DNA of 64,000 bases from Microcoleaceae cyanobacterium (GTDB lineage Bacteria; Cyanobacteriota; Cyanobacteriia; Cyanobacteriales; Microcoleaceae), in contig JBOFUV010000112.1 of the NCBI GenBank assembly GCA_051652765.1, positions 1 to 64,000 on the forward strand. The letters run 5' to 3'. The stretch's first letter is position 1, and every line of letters begins with the position of its first letter. The notes under the pieces are model-generated. The model was not told the DNA's origin and did not search any database. It was given only the letters and a program-made list of their open reading frames with translations. Below are positions 9,732 to 20,788 of the stretch, piece by piece. The position numbers and the translations under genes were made by a program.

Positions 9732-11201
9732 TTAACTTGCCGTTGCAGGAGTAGGCTGAAGAAAACACTGAGCATTGGCCAAAATCGCCTGAGCAGCCTG
9801 ATGTCCTGAAATGGTTGCTCCTTCCATACTATCAATGTAGTCCTGTTGGGTATAGCTCCCAGCCAAGAAAAAATTTTCAACGGGGGTTTTCTGAGGCGGA
9901 CGGTACAGATCCATACCGGGAGCCTCTCGATAGAGGGATTGGGCCAGTTTCACCACACTGTACCAGGTCATATTCAGTTCCTGGGATGAGGGGAACAGGT
10001 GATGAACCTGTTGGAGAACGTGCTGGGCAATGGCCTCGTTACTCTGCTTGATAAAAGGATCGCCTGGAGTTAACACCAGTTGTAGCAGTGATCCCTCCCC
10101 ATCCCGATAGTAATCTCCAGGGCTCGCCAAGGCCAAATCCGCAAAGCAGGAAAAATCCGCATCTGCCGTGTAGAGCAAATTATCAATTCCCGCAGCCCGG
10201 TTGAGTTGGCGGCGCTGTTCCGGATCGTTCAATTCCGTCACCCAGCCATCAAACCGCAGTTGTACCGTTGCTACAGGAACCGTGTCCAACTTGTAGAGAT
10301 TGTCAAATTCTGGCCATTTGCGCCAAGCCTCAGGAACCATCTTCTGGACTCCCGGCACATCACAGGCACAAACGTAAGCATCGGCAGTCACCCATTCTTC
10401 GGTCTCTCCCTGAGCAATCAGCATCCCAGTCACATAGGTTTTGCCGCTGATTTCGGTAAATCGCAACTCCCGAACCCGACGGCGAGTTTGAATCTTTGCC
10501 CCTCGCGCCTCCAGATACTTAACAATGGGCTGATGCAAATATTGATTCGGTGAGCCTTCCAACATCCGTAGGACTGAAGCCTCGGTCTTGGCGGCGAAGA
10601 ATTGAAAAATGGTCAACATACACCGGGCCGAGATATTCTCTGTATCGATAAAGCCTAAGGCATAGGCAATCGGATTCCACAGCCGTTTGAGACTGCCGTC
10701 AGATCCTCCATGACTGCGGAACCAATCGGCAAAACTAATCCGATCCAGTTCCCGAATCGTTACCATGGCCCCCTCAAAGTCGATCAAGCCTCGAACTAGA
10801 GGGCTGGTTCCCAGGGCGATCGCGTTTTGCAGCTTATCAATCACCGACAGTTGAGACGTTGTAAAAAATGCCTTGAGGCCATTGAAGGGAGCCCCGGTAA
10901 TAAAGCGAAAATCAAGGCTGCCCGTTCTTCCGCCTGGATTAATAAAGGTATGAACGTGCTCTTTTAGCCGTAAATTCTCAAAGGCTCCAACCCGTTTCAT
11001 CAGGTCAAACAGATGATAATAGCAGCCGAAGAAGACGTGCAATCCCATCTCGATTGGGTTGCCGTCAGCATCGACCCAACTGCCAACTTTACCACCAACA
11101 AAAGGACGGGACTCGAAAATCTCGACTTCATAGCCAGCATCAACGAGGTCAACCGCCGTCGCCATGCCTGCTAAACCTGCTCCCGCGATCGCAACTCGCA
11201 T
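9732..11201 (-). CDS. zds: 9,9'-di-cis-zeta-carotene desaturase (CrtQ/Zds)
   Basis: FAD motif [19 protein letters not shown]-terminal [12 protein letters not shown]. Confidence 0.96.
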   Translation of the reverse strand: MRVAIAGAGLAGMATAVDLVDAGYEVEIFESRPFVGGKVGSWVDADGNPIEMGLHVFFGCYYHLFDLMKRVGAFENLRLKEHVHTFINPGGRTGSLDFRFITGAPFNGLKAFFTTSQLSVIDKLQNAIALGTSPLVRGLIDFEGAMVTIRELDRISFADWFRSHGGSDGSLKRLWNPIAYALGFIDTENISARCMLTIFQFFAAKTEASVLRMLEGSPNQYLHQPIVKYLEARGAKIQTRRRVRELRFTEISGKTYVTGMLIAQGETEEWVTADAYVCACDVPGVQKMVPEAWRKWPEFDNLYKLDTVPVATVQLRFDGWVTELNDPEQRRQLNRAAGIDNLLYTADADFSCFADLALASPGDYYRDGEGSLLQLVLTPGDPFIKQSNEAIAQHVLQQVHHLFPSSQELNMTWYSVVKLAQSLYREAPGMDLYRPPQKTPVENFFLAGSYTQQDYIDSMEGATISGHQAAQAILANAQCFLQPTPATAS

Positions 11202-11223
11202 TCAATCTTTCCTTAACGTATCG

Positions 11224-11241
11224 TTTACAGATTTTAACAAA
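11224..11241. promoter_or_regulatory. Possible HLR1-like (RpaB) direct repeat upstream of zds
   Basis: TTTACAGA-TT-TTAACAAA resembles (G/T)TTACA(T/A)(T/A)-N2 repeated twice, with mismatches. Confidence 0.35.
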
Positions 11242-11448
11242 TGTTGAGAGGGATTGGTCGCCCTCTCCAAGATCGCATCCACTCAGCAATCCCCCAGGAA
11301 AATTCGACATAATGTAGCCATCCCAGAAGATATTCGAGCAGGAGTCAAGGGGGCAATGTCTCAGGCTGATTTTACAAAAGCAACGCTAGGATTGCTATTT
11401 TCAGAAAAAAAACAAAGTGAACTTAATAGTGAATTTAACGAATCTTAA

Positions 11449-12438
11449 ATGAATACAGTTGACTATTTGCGAATTAGTTTGATCGATCGGTGCAATTTTC
11501 GATGTCAGTACTGTATGCCAGAAGGTGCAGATCTAGACTATGTTTTGCAGCAAAATCTGCTGACCTCTGAAGAACTGCTGATGCTATTGCAACAGGTTTT
11601 TATTCCGGTTGGGTTTACTCGATTTCGGCTAACAGGGGGAGAACCGTTGCTGAGACCGGGGGTTGTTGACTTGGTCAGGCAAATTGCTGAACTACCTGAA
11701 ACTCAAGATCTTGCCCTGACCACTAATGCTTTTCTGCTGGCGGAGATGGCTCAGGATCTCTATGATGCTGGACTCAGGCGGATTAATATCAGCTTGGACT
11801 CCCTTGATCCAGAGACCTTCAATCAGATCATTGGCAACCGAGGGCGAGACCGTTGGCAACAAGTTTGGCGGGGGATTCAAGCGGCCTATACCGTTGGATT
11901 TGACCCTCTGAAGTTAAATGTAGTGGTTGTTCCGGGCATCAATGACCATGAAGTTCTAGACTTGGCGGCATTAACCCTGGATCGATGTTGGCATGTTCGC
12001 TTCATTGAGTTTATGCCCATCGGTAATGGCGAGTTGTTTGAGCAACAGGGTTGGATTCCTTCGGCAGAACTCCGACAACGCATTCGCGATCGCTGGGGTT
12101 TAGGTGAGTCTCAGGTGCGAGGCAATGGCCCTGCAGATGTCTTTCAAATTCCAGGGGCAAAAGGAACTCTAGGATTTATCAGCCAGATGTCAGAATGTTT
12201 TTGCGATCGCTGCAATCGGATGCGTTTGTCAGCCGACGGATGGTTACGCCCTTGCCTCTTGAACGAGATTGGCCAAATCAACCTTAAAACAGACCTGCGT
12301 AATGGAGTCTCGATGGCAGAACTCCGCCATCAAGTCTGTCAATTACTCAACCTCAAACCCGAAGTCAACTTTAAACAGAGAGAACAAGGAACCCTTGACA
12401 GCCAATACACTCGAACCATGTCCCAGATTGGCGGGTGA
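11449..12438 (+). CDS. moaA: GTP 3',8-cyclase MoaA
   Basis: [17 protein letters not shown] radical SAM motif, second cluster [10 protein letters not shown]...PCL, terminal MSQIGG. Confidence 0.97.
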   Translation: MNTVDYLRISLIDRCNFRCQYCMPEGADLDYVLQQNLLTSEELLMLLQQVFIPVGFTRFRLTGGEPLLRPGVVDLVRQIAELPETQDLALTTNAFLLAEMAQDLYDAGLRRINISLDSLDPETFNQIIGNRGRDRWQQVWRGIQAAYTVGFDPLKLNVVVVPGINDHEVLDLAALTLDRCWHVRFIEFMPIGNGELFEQQGWIPSAELRQRIRDRWGLGESQVRGNGPADVFQIPGAKGTLGFISQMSECFCDRCNRMRLSADGWLRPCLLNEIGQINLKTDLRNGVSMAELRHQVCQLLNLKPEVNFKQREQGTLDSQYTRTMSQIGG

Positions 12439-12458
12439 GTTAAAGCCATAAAAAACAT

Positions 12459-12482
12459 GGACGCTCCAAGATTGGAACGTCC
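12459..12482. terminator. Hairpin between convergent moaA and rpsD
   Basis: GGACGCTCCAA-GA-TTGGAACGTCC imperfect stem, with an A-run on the left that is the U-tract for rpsD. Confidence 0.6.
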
Positions 12483-12509
12483 CAATAGTTCTCGAAACTG
12501 GATGAGTTT

Positions 12510-13118
12510 CTAGGCTTGACGGGAATAAAACTCAACGACCAATAGTTCATTAACTTGAAGCGCTACCCATTCTCGCTCAATTACGCCGTTAACCTTTGCT
12601 GTTAAGGCTTCTTTGTCCAACTCTAAATGACTCGGAATATTGGCCAGACCAGGGTATTGCAGATTGATCTTGACTATTTCACGAGAATTATCTCGGTTGC
12701 GAACGCCAACGACTTCACCGGGTCTACACTGATAACTTGGAATACTGACAACATTCCCGTTAATCGTGACGTGACCGTGGTTGACCAATTGACGGGCTGC
12801 AGGAATTGTTGGGGCCATGCCTAGACGAAAGACCGTATTATCTAGGCGCATTTCCAACAGTTGCAACAAAACCTGACCGGTAGAGCCCGTTGCCCGACGA
12901 GCTTTTTTGACATAGCGCAGGAGTTGTCGCTCAGATAGACCGTAGTTGAATCGTAACTTCTGCTTCTCCTCTAGTCGGATTGCATATTCAGAACGCTTGC
13001 GGCGAGCCTGACCGTGTTGACCTGGCGGATAAGCTCGTCTGGCCGCTTTTCGGGTCAACCCTGGCAAGTCCCCTAACCGGCGAACAATCCTCAATCGAGG
13101 ACCTCTGTATCGAGACAT
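12510..13118 (-). CDS. rpsD: 30S ribosomal protein S4
   Basis: [21 protein letters not shown]...[13 protein letters not shown]...QLVNHGH. Confidence 0.99.
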   Translation of the reverse strand: MSRYRGPRLRIVRRLGDLPGLTRKAARRAYPPGQHGQARRKRSEYAIRLEEKQKLRFNYGLSERQLLRYVKKARRATGSTGQVLLQLLEMRLDNTVFRLGMAPTIPAARQLVNHGHVTINGNVVSIPSYQCRPGEVVGVRNRDNSREIVKINLQYPGLANIPSHLELDKEALTAKVNGVIEREWVALQVNELLVVEFYSRQA

Positions 13119-13475
13119 TTAACTTCCTCTTTCCCAGAAATTTAGCACTAAATTCTTATTATAAACGTTTCTAACTTCGATAATCAATAGCTGAGCCTAC
13201 TTTTCCCAACAAAGTCTTGCAGCGCCTTGCATTGAGATGCATTGAGAGGGCGCTCAGATGTAGGGAATTTAAGGTGTAGCGATCAATTGCGTCTCACGTA
13301 CTGGCAATTGGATAGGGGGCAGTTGACATTGCCACACCACAAATTAAACATAAATTAAACATAAATTAAACATAAGCCAAGCATAAATCAAATGGGCAAG
13401 TGAAAGGGCAAGAAACCATCAACCCATAAGCTGAAGGGGTTCCCTGCCCCAGACTCTACAACTCAAACTTGGAGT

Positions 13476-13826
<351 letters not shown>

Positions 13827-14069
13827 TTAGTCGTAACCCACCCTTTGCACTTTAGACTTTCTTCACCTTTTGATATTACGGGAAAACACCCGGTTATCAA
13901 CCTCAGAGAGGTGGGATTTTGAATGATTTTTTTTATAATTTTTTCCAATTATATTCTGGTTACTTATACTTAAGAAGTATCTGGCATAATGATTGACAAA
14001 TGGTATGAAATCTACTAGGAAAATCAACTTGTAGAACTCATTAACGAAACTCGGAAGGGAAAAGCAGGG

Positions 14070-15059
14070 ATGCCGCTTCACGTTGGGATAGTTGGGACAG
14101 GGTATGTAGCGAAGACCAGAGCAGAGGCGGTTCAACTCGATCATCGATCACGTCTGGTTACTCTGGCTGGAGGGAATTTAACCCGAACCACGGATCTATG
14201 TCAAAGTTTGGGCATCGAACCGACCGCTTCTTGGCAACAGTTGGTTGAACGAGAGGATTTAGACCTGATCGTCGTTGCTACAGTGAACCGGGATCATGGA
14301 GCGGTAGTTCGAGCTGCGCTAGAAGCGGGTAAGCATGTTGTCGTGGAGTATCCGTTGTCTTTGGATGTTCTGGATGCTGAGGCATTAGTGGCTTTGGCGC
14401 GGCAGCAACAGTGCTTGTTGCATGTCGAACATATTGAACTGCTAGGGGGCCTGCATCAAGCAATTAAAAAAGCTTTACCTCAAATTGGACAAGTCTTTTA
14501 TGGACAGTATTCCACCCTCAATCCTAAACATCCAGCGCCCCAAAAGTGGACTTACCAACACTCGCTATTCGGTTTTCCTCTGATTGGAGCCTTGTCTCGC
14601 CTCCATCGTTGGATTGATTTATTTGGTCAAGTTGTCAGTGTGAATTGTCAAAGTCGCTTCTGGGATGCTGAACTGCAAAACCCTGATGTGGATCTCTATC
14701 GAGGGTGTTTCTGTCGGGCTCAACTTCATTTCCAGATTGGCTTGACGGTAGATATTCTTTACGGAAAGGGAGAGGTATTTTGGCAATCAGAGAATCGGTT
14801 TACCCTTCAGGGAGAGACAGGATCACTGCACTTTACGCCAGAGTCCGGTGAGCTGATTACGGAGCAGGGGAGCCAATCGCTCGAGGTTCAGCCCCGTCAA
14901 GGTATCTTTCGACAAGATACTCAGATGATTTTGGATCATCTTTTGAATGGCACACCACTTTATGTTAAGGCTGAGGAGAGTCTCTATACTCTTAAAGTAG
15001 CAGAAGCAGCTAGGCAATCGGCAATTTTGGGTCAATCGGTAGAGCTGTCACTTTCTTGA
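14070..15059 (+). CDS. bvdR: Biliverdin reductase (Gfo/Idh/MocA family)
   Basis: GIVGTGY, GKHVVVEYPL, LLHVEHIELLGG and APQKWTY...FGFPLIGALSRL match cyanobacterial BvdR as I recall it. Confidence 0.85.
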   Translation: MPLHVGIVGTGYVAKTRAEAVQLDHRSRLVTLAGGNLTRTTDLCQSLGIEPTASWQQLVEREDLDLIVVATVNRDHGAVVRAALEAGKHVVVEYPLSLDVLDAEALVALARQQQCLLHVEHIELLGGLHQAIKKALPQIGQVFYGQYSTLNPKHPAPQKWTYQHSLFGFPLIGALSRLHRWIDLFGQVVSVNCQSRFWDAELQNPDVDLYRGCFCRAQLHFQIGLTVDILYGKGEVFWQSENRFTLQGETGSLHFTPESGELITEQGSQSLEVQPRQGIFRQDTQMILDHLLNGTPLYVKAEESLYTLKVAEAARQSAILGQSVELSLS

Positions 15060-15387
15060 GAACGAAGCAAGGTTATAGCGAGTAGATGAAGGGGAGCGAT
15101 CGCCTTGAGGTTTGGGCGGTCTTTGAGTTGCAAGATTAAATCCACTTCCACCTTCTGAACGTCCTTTTAAAGGATTTGTCAGAGGTTCAGATTGCTTTTT
15201 GGGCTTTTCGGTAGTTCTTTCTGTACTTGTTGATAAGGAATTTTCAGCATTTCCTAATCTATTGAACAGTATGAAACCTTATTCAGTCAGGACTTACGAA
15301 TTGATAAAAAAAGCCGTTGTGTTGATTGATGGAATGAGTCCCTCGAGGAAGTTCAGTAACTGGAACTAAAATTAGAAGTAGTTAGAA

Positions 15388-16287
15388 CTAATTAGAGCTG
15401 AGCAAAGCCTTTTTCACTAATCCCGGAATTTGGTTAGGGCTTTGAGCAACTGGGATTTTAGCGGCCTTGAATTGGGCTATTTTTTGTTGACCTCCTTTGA
15501 GGGTGCTAATGGAGGCCATGATTTTAGAGGTCATGATGTTACTCACTTGACTGACCATTTGAGCCTCAGGGGCAAACTGGCCTGCAATATAAACAACAAC
15601 AGGTTTATCAATGGCCTCAGCAATGTAAGAGGCTGCTTCTACTTCATCTTGTCCGTCAATCTGCCCAACTAAAACAATGACTTGGGTACTGTCATCCTCA
15701 TCCAAAACTTGTAGCCACTGCAAAAAAGAGGAGCCAATAATCCAATCGCTACCCACGGTCACACAGATTGACTGCCCTAACTTGGCGTTGGTGAGATGAG
15801 ACACAACTTCGTAAGTGAGAGTACTGCTGCGACCAATGATGCCAATATTTCCAGGGATGTAGATTTCAGCAGGATGGGTTCCCAACAGGAGTTTTCCCGG
15901 CACGATGATTCCAGAACAGTTGGGGCCAAGCACAAGGGTTTCTGTTGCTTCCGCCACCTGCAGTAACTTCACTACGTCAAGAGGCGGCATTCCTTCTGTC
16001 AGGATAATCAGTTGGCGAATCCCAGCCGCGATCGCCTCCAGAGCCGCATCAAGAACCTGATACGGATGGGTAAAAATAATGCTAGTGTCAATCGCACCCA
16101 CAGTATCCTGAGCCTGTTTAACTAAGTCAAACACAGGAATCGCCTGAATTGTCTGAGCAGTTTGACCGGGATGAACACAGGCTACAACCTGAGTCCCATA
16201 CTCCTTCATTTTCAATGCGGCGTAGATGGCGGAGTACGATGCCGTAATACCCTGAACTAATACTTTACTGTCTGGAGTCAAGTTCAT
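15388..16287 (-). CDS. sucD: Succinyl-CoA synthetase alpha-subunit homolog (divergent; catalytic His absent)
   Basis: KVLVQGIT, GPNCSGIIVPG, TLTYE, LGQS...GSD, KPVVVYIAG. The canonical MGHAGA reads MVSQVS and GEIGG reads GQIDG. Confidence 0.9.
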   Translation of the reverse strand: MNLTPDSKVLVQGITASYSAIYAALKMKEYGTQVVACVHPGQTAQTIQAIPVFDLVKQAQDTVGAIDTSIIFTHPYQVLDAALEAIAAGIRQLIILTEGMPPLDVVKLLQVAEATETLVLGPNCSGIIVPGKLLLGTHPAEIYIPGNIGIIGRSSTLTYEVVSHLTNAKLGQSICVTVGSDWIIGSSFLQWLQVLDEDDSTQVIVLVGQIDGQDEVEAASYIAEAIDKPVVVYIAGQFAPEAQMVSQVSNIMTSKIMASISTLKGGQQKIAQFKAAKIPVAQSPNQIPGLVKKALLSSN

Positions 16288-16354
16288 AGTTGATTAAAGA
16301 GTGAGAACAGGCTCTCGGTGATCGGCCTGACAGATAGACCTCGACCCCCAAGAC

Positions 16355-17548
16355 CTACTTTGCCGAGGCAATTGCAGCAGCGATTGCACTCTCTAGGCTA
16401 TCAGTAATTTCTACTGGAAGTTCAGCAAAATCAACTTTTAGCCCTTCAGCAGAATGAGGAGCAAGACGGAGGACGTAGCGGGGAGTTTGACCCAGGGCTA
16501 TGCAATGTTGCAGATAGCTAGCAATTTCCAGGCCAATCTCTCGAATATTACCCAGATGCCCCAGAAAATTGACCAAGACCACTCTGACTCCCCGAGCTTG
16601 ACTCACAATTTCCAAGCTGCGGCGGAGTTGCTGGCGGAGGATATCTGTCATCTGAAAATAATCTTCTTCCCCAAAATTCAAAAAGAGGGCAGGCTTCCCC
16701 TTGGCTTGAATAATGGCATCGACTGTCGCTAGAGTGAGCCCTGATCCATTGGAAAGAATCCCGATATTGCCGTCTAGCTCGACAAAATTAACGGTACAGG
16801 CCAAAGTCCGATCCGAACTCAACAGTCCTGCTGTACTCTCCAGCCAGATGTCAGGGGTTTCCCATAGCTTGGCTTCAACTTCGCGACAGGTGTCAATCAC
16901 TTGAATCAAATCAGGATGGCGACTCAAAGCCCCACTATTGACAACAACCTTGCCATCTAGAGCCATCACTTCTCCGGTTGGACTAATTCCTAAGGGATTG
17001 ATTTCAATCAAGTCAAGATCCTTGTCAACAAACAAACGATACATTTTTTCGACCAGAGTGCTCACTTTCAGCAAAGATTCCCCGGACAAACCCATGTTGA
17101 CCACGAGATGGCGAGCGTGGAAGGAAGAGAAATCTTGATCCACGATGACCTGTTTCACTTGATCAATCCCTGCTTCACTCATACTTTCTCCTCCCTGCAT
17201 CGATCCTAAAAGAATCGGACGGCGAGATTGAGGATCGAGGGTTACGGCCAAATAGAGTTCTTGACTGGCATTGTATTTGGCTTCAGCCAACAGAACCTGA
17301 GGATATTCGCCCATAATCGGCAGGTTGAAAATAGCTTGAGCGGCTGCAACCGCATCAATTGTATTCTCAACAAACCGAACCCCCCCTGCCTTGCCACGTC
17401 CCCCTGCTCGCACTTGAGATTTCAGGACAACGGGGTAGGGAATCCTTAATCCTTTCAAGTCTTGGGCCTGATCAATCCGCTGGGACGGCAAGACAGGAAT
17501 TCCTACCTCACGAAATAGCCCCTTAGCTTGATACTCTAGCAAATCCAT
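16355..17548 (-). CDS. sucC: Succinyl-CoA synthetase beta-subunit homolog
   Basis: MDLLEYQAK, ATP-grasp VLKSQVRAGGRGKAGGV, LIEINPL, ALDGK, GNIGILSNGSGL. Start taken at the ATG at 17548. Confidence 0.92.
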   Translation of the reverse strand: MDLLEYQAKGLFREVGIPVLPSQRIDQAQDLKGLRIPYPVVLKSQVRAGGRGKAGGVRFVENTIDAVAAAQAIFNLPIMGEYPQVLLAEAKYNASQELYLAVTLDPQSRRPILLGSMQGGESMSEAGIDQVKQVIVDQDFSSFHARHLVVNMGLSGESLLKVSTLVEKMYRLFVDKDLDLIEINPLGISPTGEVMALDGKVVVNSGALSRHPDLIQVIDTCREVEAKLWETPDIWLESTAGLLSSDRTLACTVNFVELDGNIGILSNGSGLTLATVDAIIQAKGKPALFLNFGEEDYFQMTDILRQQLRRSLEIVSQARGVRVVLVNFLGHLGNIREIGLEIASYLQHCIALGQTPRYVLRLAPHSAEGLKVDFAELPVEITDSLESAIAAAIASAK

Positions 17549-17635
17549 GGGTTTCCTCATTAGATCAGTAGTTACAGCGATGGGAATTAGTTGCACCCTC
17601 ACTGACTCAAAGTCTTATCAAGAGATCTTCTCTAG

Positions 17636-19078
17636 TCATGGCTGACTAAAGTTCCCCTGATGAATCGTCTTAACCCATTTCAGACGTTTGGGTCGCACTG
17701 ACATTCGCAGTGTAGTACTTCCAATCACAATAAACCAGTGCAACATATACAAAGTACCCCGTAGACTTTGGAGCCAAAGGGTCAAGATCGAAGGGATAGG
17801 TGCTAAAGAGTCTGCTTCTTTCGACTCAACCCTAGCTTGTTGGAGCGTGCGACGCAGACTCAGAAATATTCCGAGGAAGGAGAAGAGAACCGTTACGCAG
17901 GTGAGGGGAAGAGTTAGAGGGGGACGACGCAAAATCAGCGCCATCAGGTAGTCAGGTAGGGCTGCCGTGGGTAACAAATATTGGAAGATCAAGAACCCGA
18001 GGGCATCCAAACTTTTACGAGTTCCCATCCGGTTCCGAACTAAGGGTTGCCAGTAGTCTAGATAACGCTGATATCCTCCTTCCGCCCAGCGATTGCGCTG
18101 ATGCCAGAGGGATCTGAGCTGGGTGACTCCTTCTTCTTGTACCGGGGGAAACATCAGAATCTCAATGTCCCAACGGTTTAGATGCAGCCGAAACGTCAGG
18201 TCTAAATCATCGGTAATGGTTTCTTCATTCCAACCATCGCAGTGGTTCAAGGCAATTCGCCGGACAAATTGGCCATTGCCCCGCAATTCTCCCAATCCGC
18301 CACTTGCAATTCGATAGTCCTGAATAAAAGCGTCGAAAACCATTTCTGTCGCTTGACCCCGAGTCCAAAAATTAAGGCTGCTATTGGCGATCGCTTTCCG
18401 CATCTGCACGGCTCCGATATGGCCGGGACTAAACAACGGGATCACTTGCTGTAATAAGTCCTGAGGAACTTGGGCATCCGCATCAAACACCCCAACGATT
18501 TCCCCCCGCGTTAAGGGCAAGACCTGATTCAGCGCCCCAGATTTCCCCCCCCGTGCGGCTCCCTCTCGCTGTAAAACATTCAGTTGTGGATACTCTTGAG
18601 CCAGTCGATCAAGGACTTGAGCCGTCTGATCCGTGCTGTTATCATCGATCACCCACAGTTCATAGGAGTCATTTGGATAGTCAATTTGACAGAGGTTTTT
18701 GACCAGATCCTCAATGACTGCTTCTTCATTTTTGGCCGCAACCAGTAGGGAAACAAAGGGCAACTGCGGTAACGGATTGTCTTTGCTTTGGGCGAAACAA
18801 CCGTAGGAACGCTGAAGAACTAGACTGAGAATAGGAATAGACAATAATCCGCTTAACCCCAGCGTTACCCAGAATCCCCACGAAACCAAGTGCAGGGTAA
18901 TTGTGCCCCCCCAAACGACGGTGAGGACGACTGCTGCTTTACGTCGCCGATTTTGATAGCAGTGCTGGGGAACAACAACGGATTCAGACAACTTGCGGTG
19001 AACCCTGTTTTCCTCAGGAGATGCAATATCTGAAACGGTAGATCTATCAGGTCTAGGGGGCAGAGGTTTTGATCTCAT
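17636..19078 (-). CDS. mgdA: GT2 glycosyltransferase, monoglucosyldiacylglycerol synthase
   Basis: RRRKAA followed by TM helices, AAKNEE, IDDNSTD, FDADA, TDDLDL, QRNRWAEGG, terminal KRLKWVKT. Confidence 0.85.
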   Translation of the reverse strand: MRSKPLPPRPDRSTVSDIASPEENRVHRKLSESVVVPQHCYQNRRRKAAVVLTVVWGGTITLHLVSWGFWVTLGLSGLLSIPILSLVLQRSYGCFAQSKDNPLPQLPFVSLLVAAKNEEAVIEDLVKNLCQIDYPNDSYELWVIDDNSTDQTAQVLDRLAQEYPQLNVLQREGAARGGKSGALNQVLPLTRGEIVGVFDADAQVPQDLLQQVIPLFSPGHIGAVQMRKAIANSSLNFWTRGQATEMVFDAFIQDYRIASGGLGELRGNGQFVRRIALNHCDGWNEETITDDLDLTFRLHLNRWDIEILMFPPVQEEGVTQLRSLWHQRNRWAEGGYQRYLDYWQPLVRNRMGTRKSLDALGFLIFQYLLPTAALPDYLMALILRRPPLTLPLTCVTVLFSFLGIFLSLRRTLQQARVESKEADSLAPIPSILTLWLQSLRGTLYMLHWFIVIGSTTLRMSVRPKRLKWVKTIHQGNFSQP

Positions 19079-19393
19079 GGGATTTTCTAATTGTTCTCAG
19101 CAACTTCGGTCACTTTGTATAAGGTTTACACCTCGTATAAGGTTCACACCTCACACAGAGGATTAACCGCTGACAGCTACATGCTCTGATTTTCAGTCAT
19201 TTCCTCCTACAGAAACCTGAAAACTGAGCAATTCTGGGTCAGGGCATATATCCATCTAGTAAGGAGTATGGCATCTCGGTAGTCATTTTGAGTCATGGAG
19301 TTCAGCAAGATCTGCAGTCAGGTCATCAGCCTCATCTTTTGTGCAGAGCCAATGTACAGAGCTAATGTACAGAGCTAACGCACAAAGCCAATC

Positions 19394-19422
19394 AAAAAAG
19401 GGCGTTTTGACAAAACGCCCTT
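19394..19422 (-). terminator. Rho-independent terminator of rplJL
   Basis: AAGGGCGTTTTG-A-CAAAACGCCCTT inverted repeat followed on the - strand by a T-run. Confidence 0.8.
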
Positions 19423-19465
19423 CCCAGGAAACTTAATTAAGGCATTCATTAAAACAGGCTTCAGG

Positions 19466-19870
19466 TTACTTCACTGCCACCTTGGCACCGACTTCTTCAA
19501 GCTGCTTCTTGATATTTTCTGCGTCCTCTTTAGTGGTTGCTTCTTTGATCGGTTTGGGAGCAGCCTCAACGAGGTCTTTTGCTTCCTTCAAGCCCAGACC
19601 TGTAATTGCTCGAACTACCTTGAGAATCGTGATCTTCTTGTCAGCAGGAAACTCTTCAAGAATGACATCAAACTCAGTTTGCTCCTCTTCGGGCTCAGCC
19701 GCAACAGGTGCAGCCGCAGCCAAACCAGGCATTGCCATCATCATGCCACCACCAGTCGGGGCCGAGGCATCAACGCCAAATGCTTCTTCGATCTGCTTCA
19801 CCAACTCAGCAGCATCTAGCAAATTCAAACCTTTTAATAGTTCTAAAATTTCATCAGTTTTTGCGGACAT
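19466..19870 (-). CDS. rplL: 50S ribosomal protein L7/L12
   Basis: [35 protein letters not shown]. Confidence 0.99.
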   Translation of the reverse strand: MSAKTDEILELLKGLNLLDAAELVKQIEEAFGVDASAPTGGGMMMAMPGLAAAAPVAAEPEEEQTEFDVILEEFPADKKITILKVVRAITGLGLKEAKDLVEAAPKPIKEATTKEDAENIKKQLEEVGAKVAVK

Positions 19871-19948
19871 TCTGAGACTCCTAAATTACAACAACGACTA
19901 CAGCAGTAACATTTGCAACAGTTCGAAAACCAAAAAGGATTGAACGTT

Positions 19949-20521
19949 CTAGGCAGCGTCTTGAGACTCTTCTTTCTCGGAGATCGCTTTGATTGCCCGT
20001 ACCAAAGAGGTAGGGACTTCCTTGATCCCTACTGCCAACTTGGTTGGAACAGCTTTGATCCCTACTGCCAACTTAGTTGGAACAGCATTGAGTGCCCCAG
20101 CAATCCGAGCCATCAGCTCTTCCTTGGTGGGCAGTTCAGTAATCGCCTTCACGTCCTCGAGGGTTAGGGCTCGGCCTTCCATCGCCCCACCCCGAAGTTC
20201 AGTCTTCTTGGACTCCTTCTGAAAGGCTTCGTATGCCTTGACCACTGCGCCAAAATCATCTTTGACAAAGATGAATGCTGAACTGCCTTTGAGGAACTCC
20301 TGAATGGGTTCCCAGGTTGTGTCTCCCAGGACTGCCTTTTGCATAAAGGTATTTTTTGCTACCTTGCAAATAGTTCCAGTTTCTCGAAGACGGCTACGCA
20401 GTTTAGAAATCTCGGCGACAGACAGCCCAGCATAGTCAACGACCAAGGTGAGTTTCGTTTCACTCAGATACTGCTTCAGTTCAGCAACAATTTCTTGCTT
20501 ATTTTCCTTGGTTCTCCCCAC
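19949..20521 (-). CDS. rplJ: 50S ribosomal protein L10
   Basis: GTG start (MGRTKENKQEIV) after GGAGG, VDYAGLSV, CKVAKNT, LPTKEEL; duplicated AVPTKLAVGIK. Confidence 0.97.
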   Translation of the reverse strand: MGRTKENKQEIVAELKQYLSETKLTLVVDYAGLSVAEISKLRSRLRETGTICKVAKNTFMQKAVLGDTTWEPIQEFLKGSSAFIFVKDDFGAVVKAYEAFQKESKKTELRGGAMEGRALTLEDVKAITELPTKEELMARIAGALNAVPTKLAVGIKAVPTKLAVGIKEVPTSLVRAIKAISEKEESQDAA

Positions 20522-20639
20522 GGGTCTTGAACCTCCGTTCGTAGCTTCAACTCTCTTACCCAGAGAACAAACAACAGCAGCGCAGAGAGTAACTTCTTTC
20601 CAGGTATCACAGGACTCAATACTCAACTAAATACTAAAA

Positions 20640-20788
20640 GTCCCCGGATATCTATCTCCGAGGTACATCAGATCCAAAGCAGCCTCTGCAATCACTGAGA
20701 GGCAATAAGCCCAATAGAACTTTTTATAATGCTCTAGTTCCTCAACCTCGGCAGGAAATTAAGTGAAATCACACCTGCTGTCTTCAGT
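20640..20788 (-). promoter_or_regulatory. L10 leader (autoregulatory 5' UTR RNA)
   Basis: The minus strand reads CTGAAGACAGCAGG...TTAATTTCCTGCCGAGG and, nearer the gene, CCTCGGAGATAGATATCCGGGG, as in L10 leaders upstream of rplJ. Confidence 0.75.

Noticed and set aside
15060..15387. CAGGACTTACG IS4-like end and broken minus-strand frames between bvdR and sucD
   Set aside because: No convincing partner inverted repeat and no recognisable protein.
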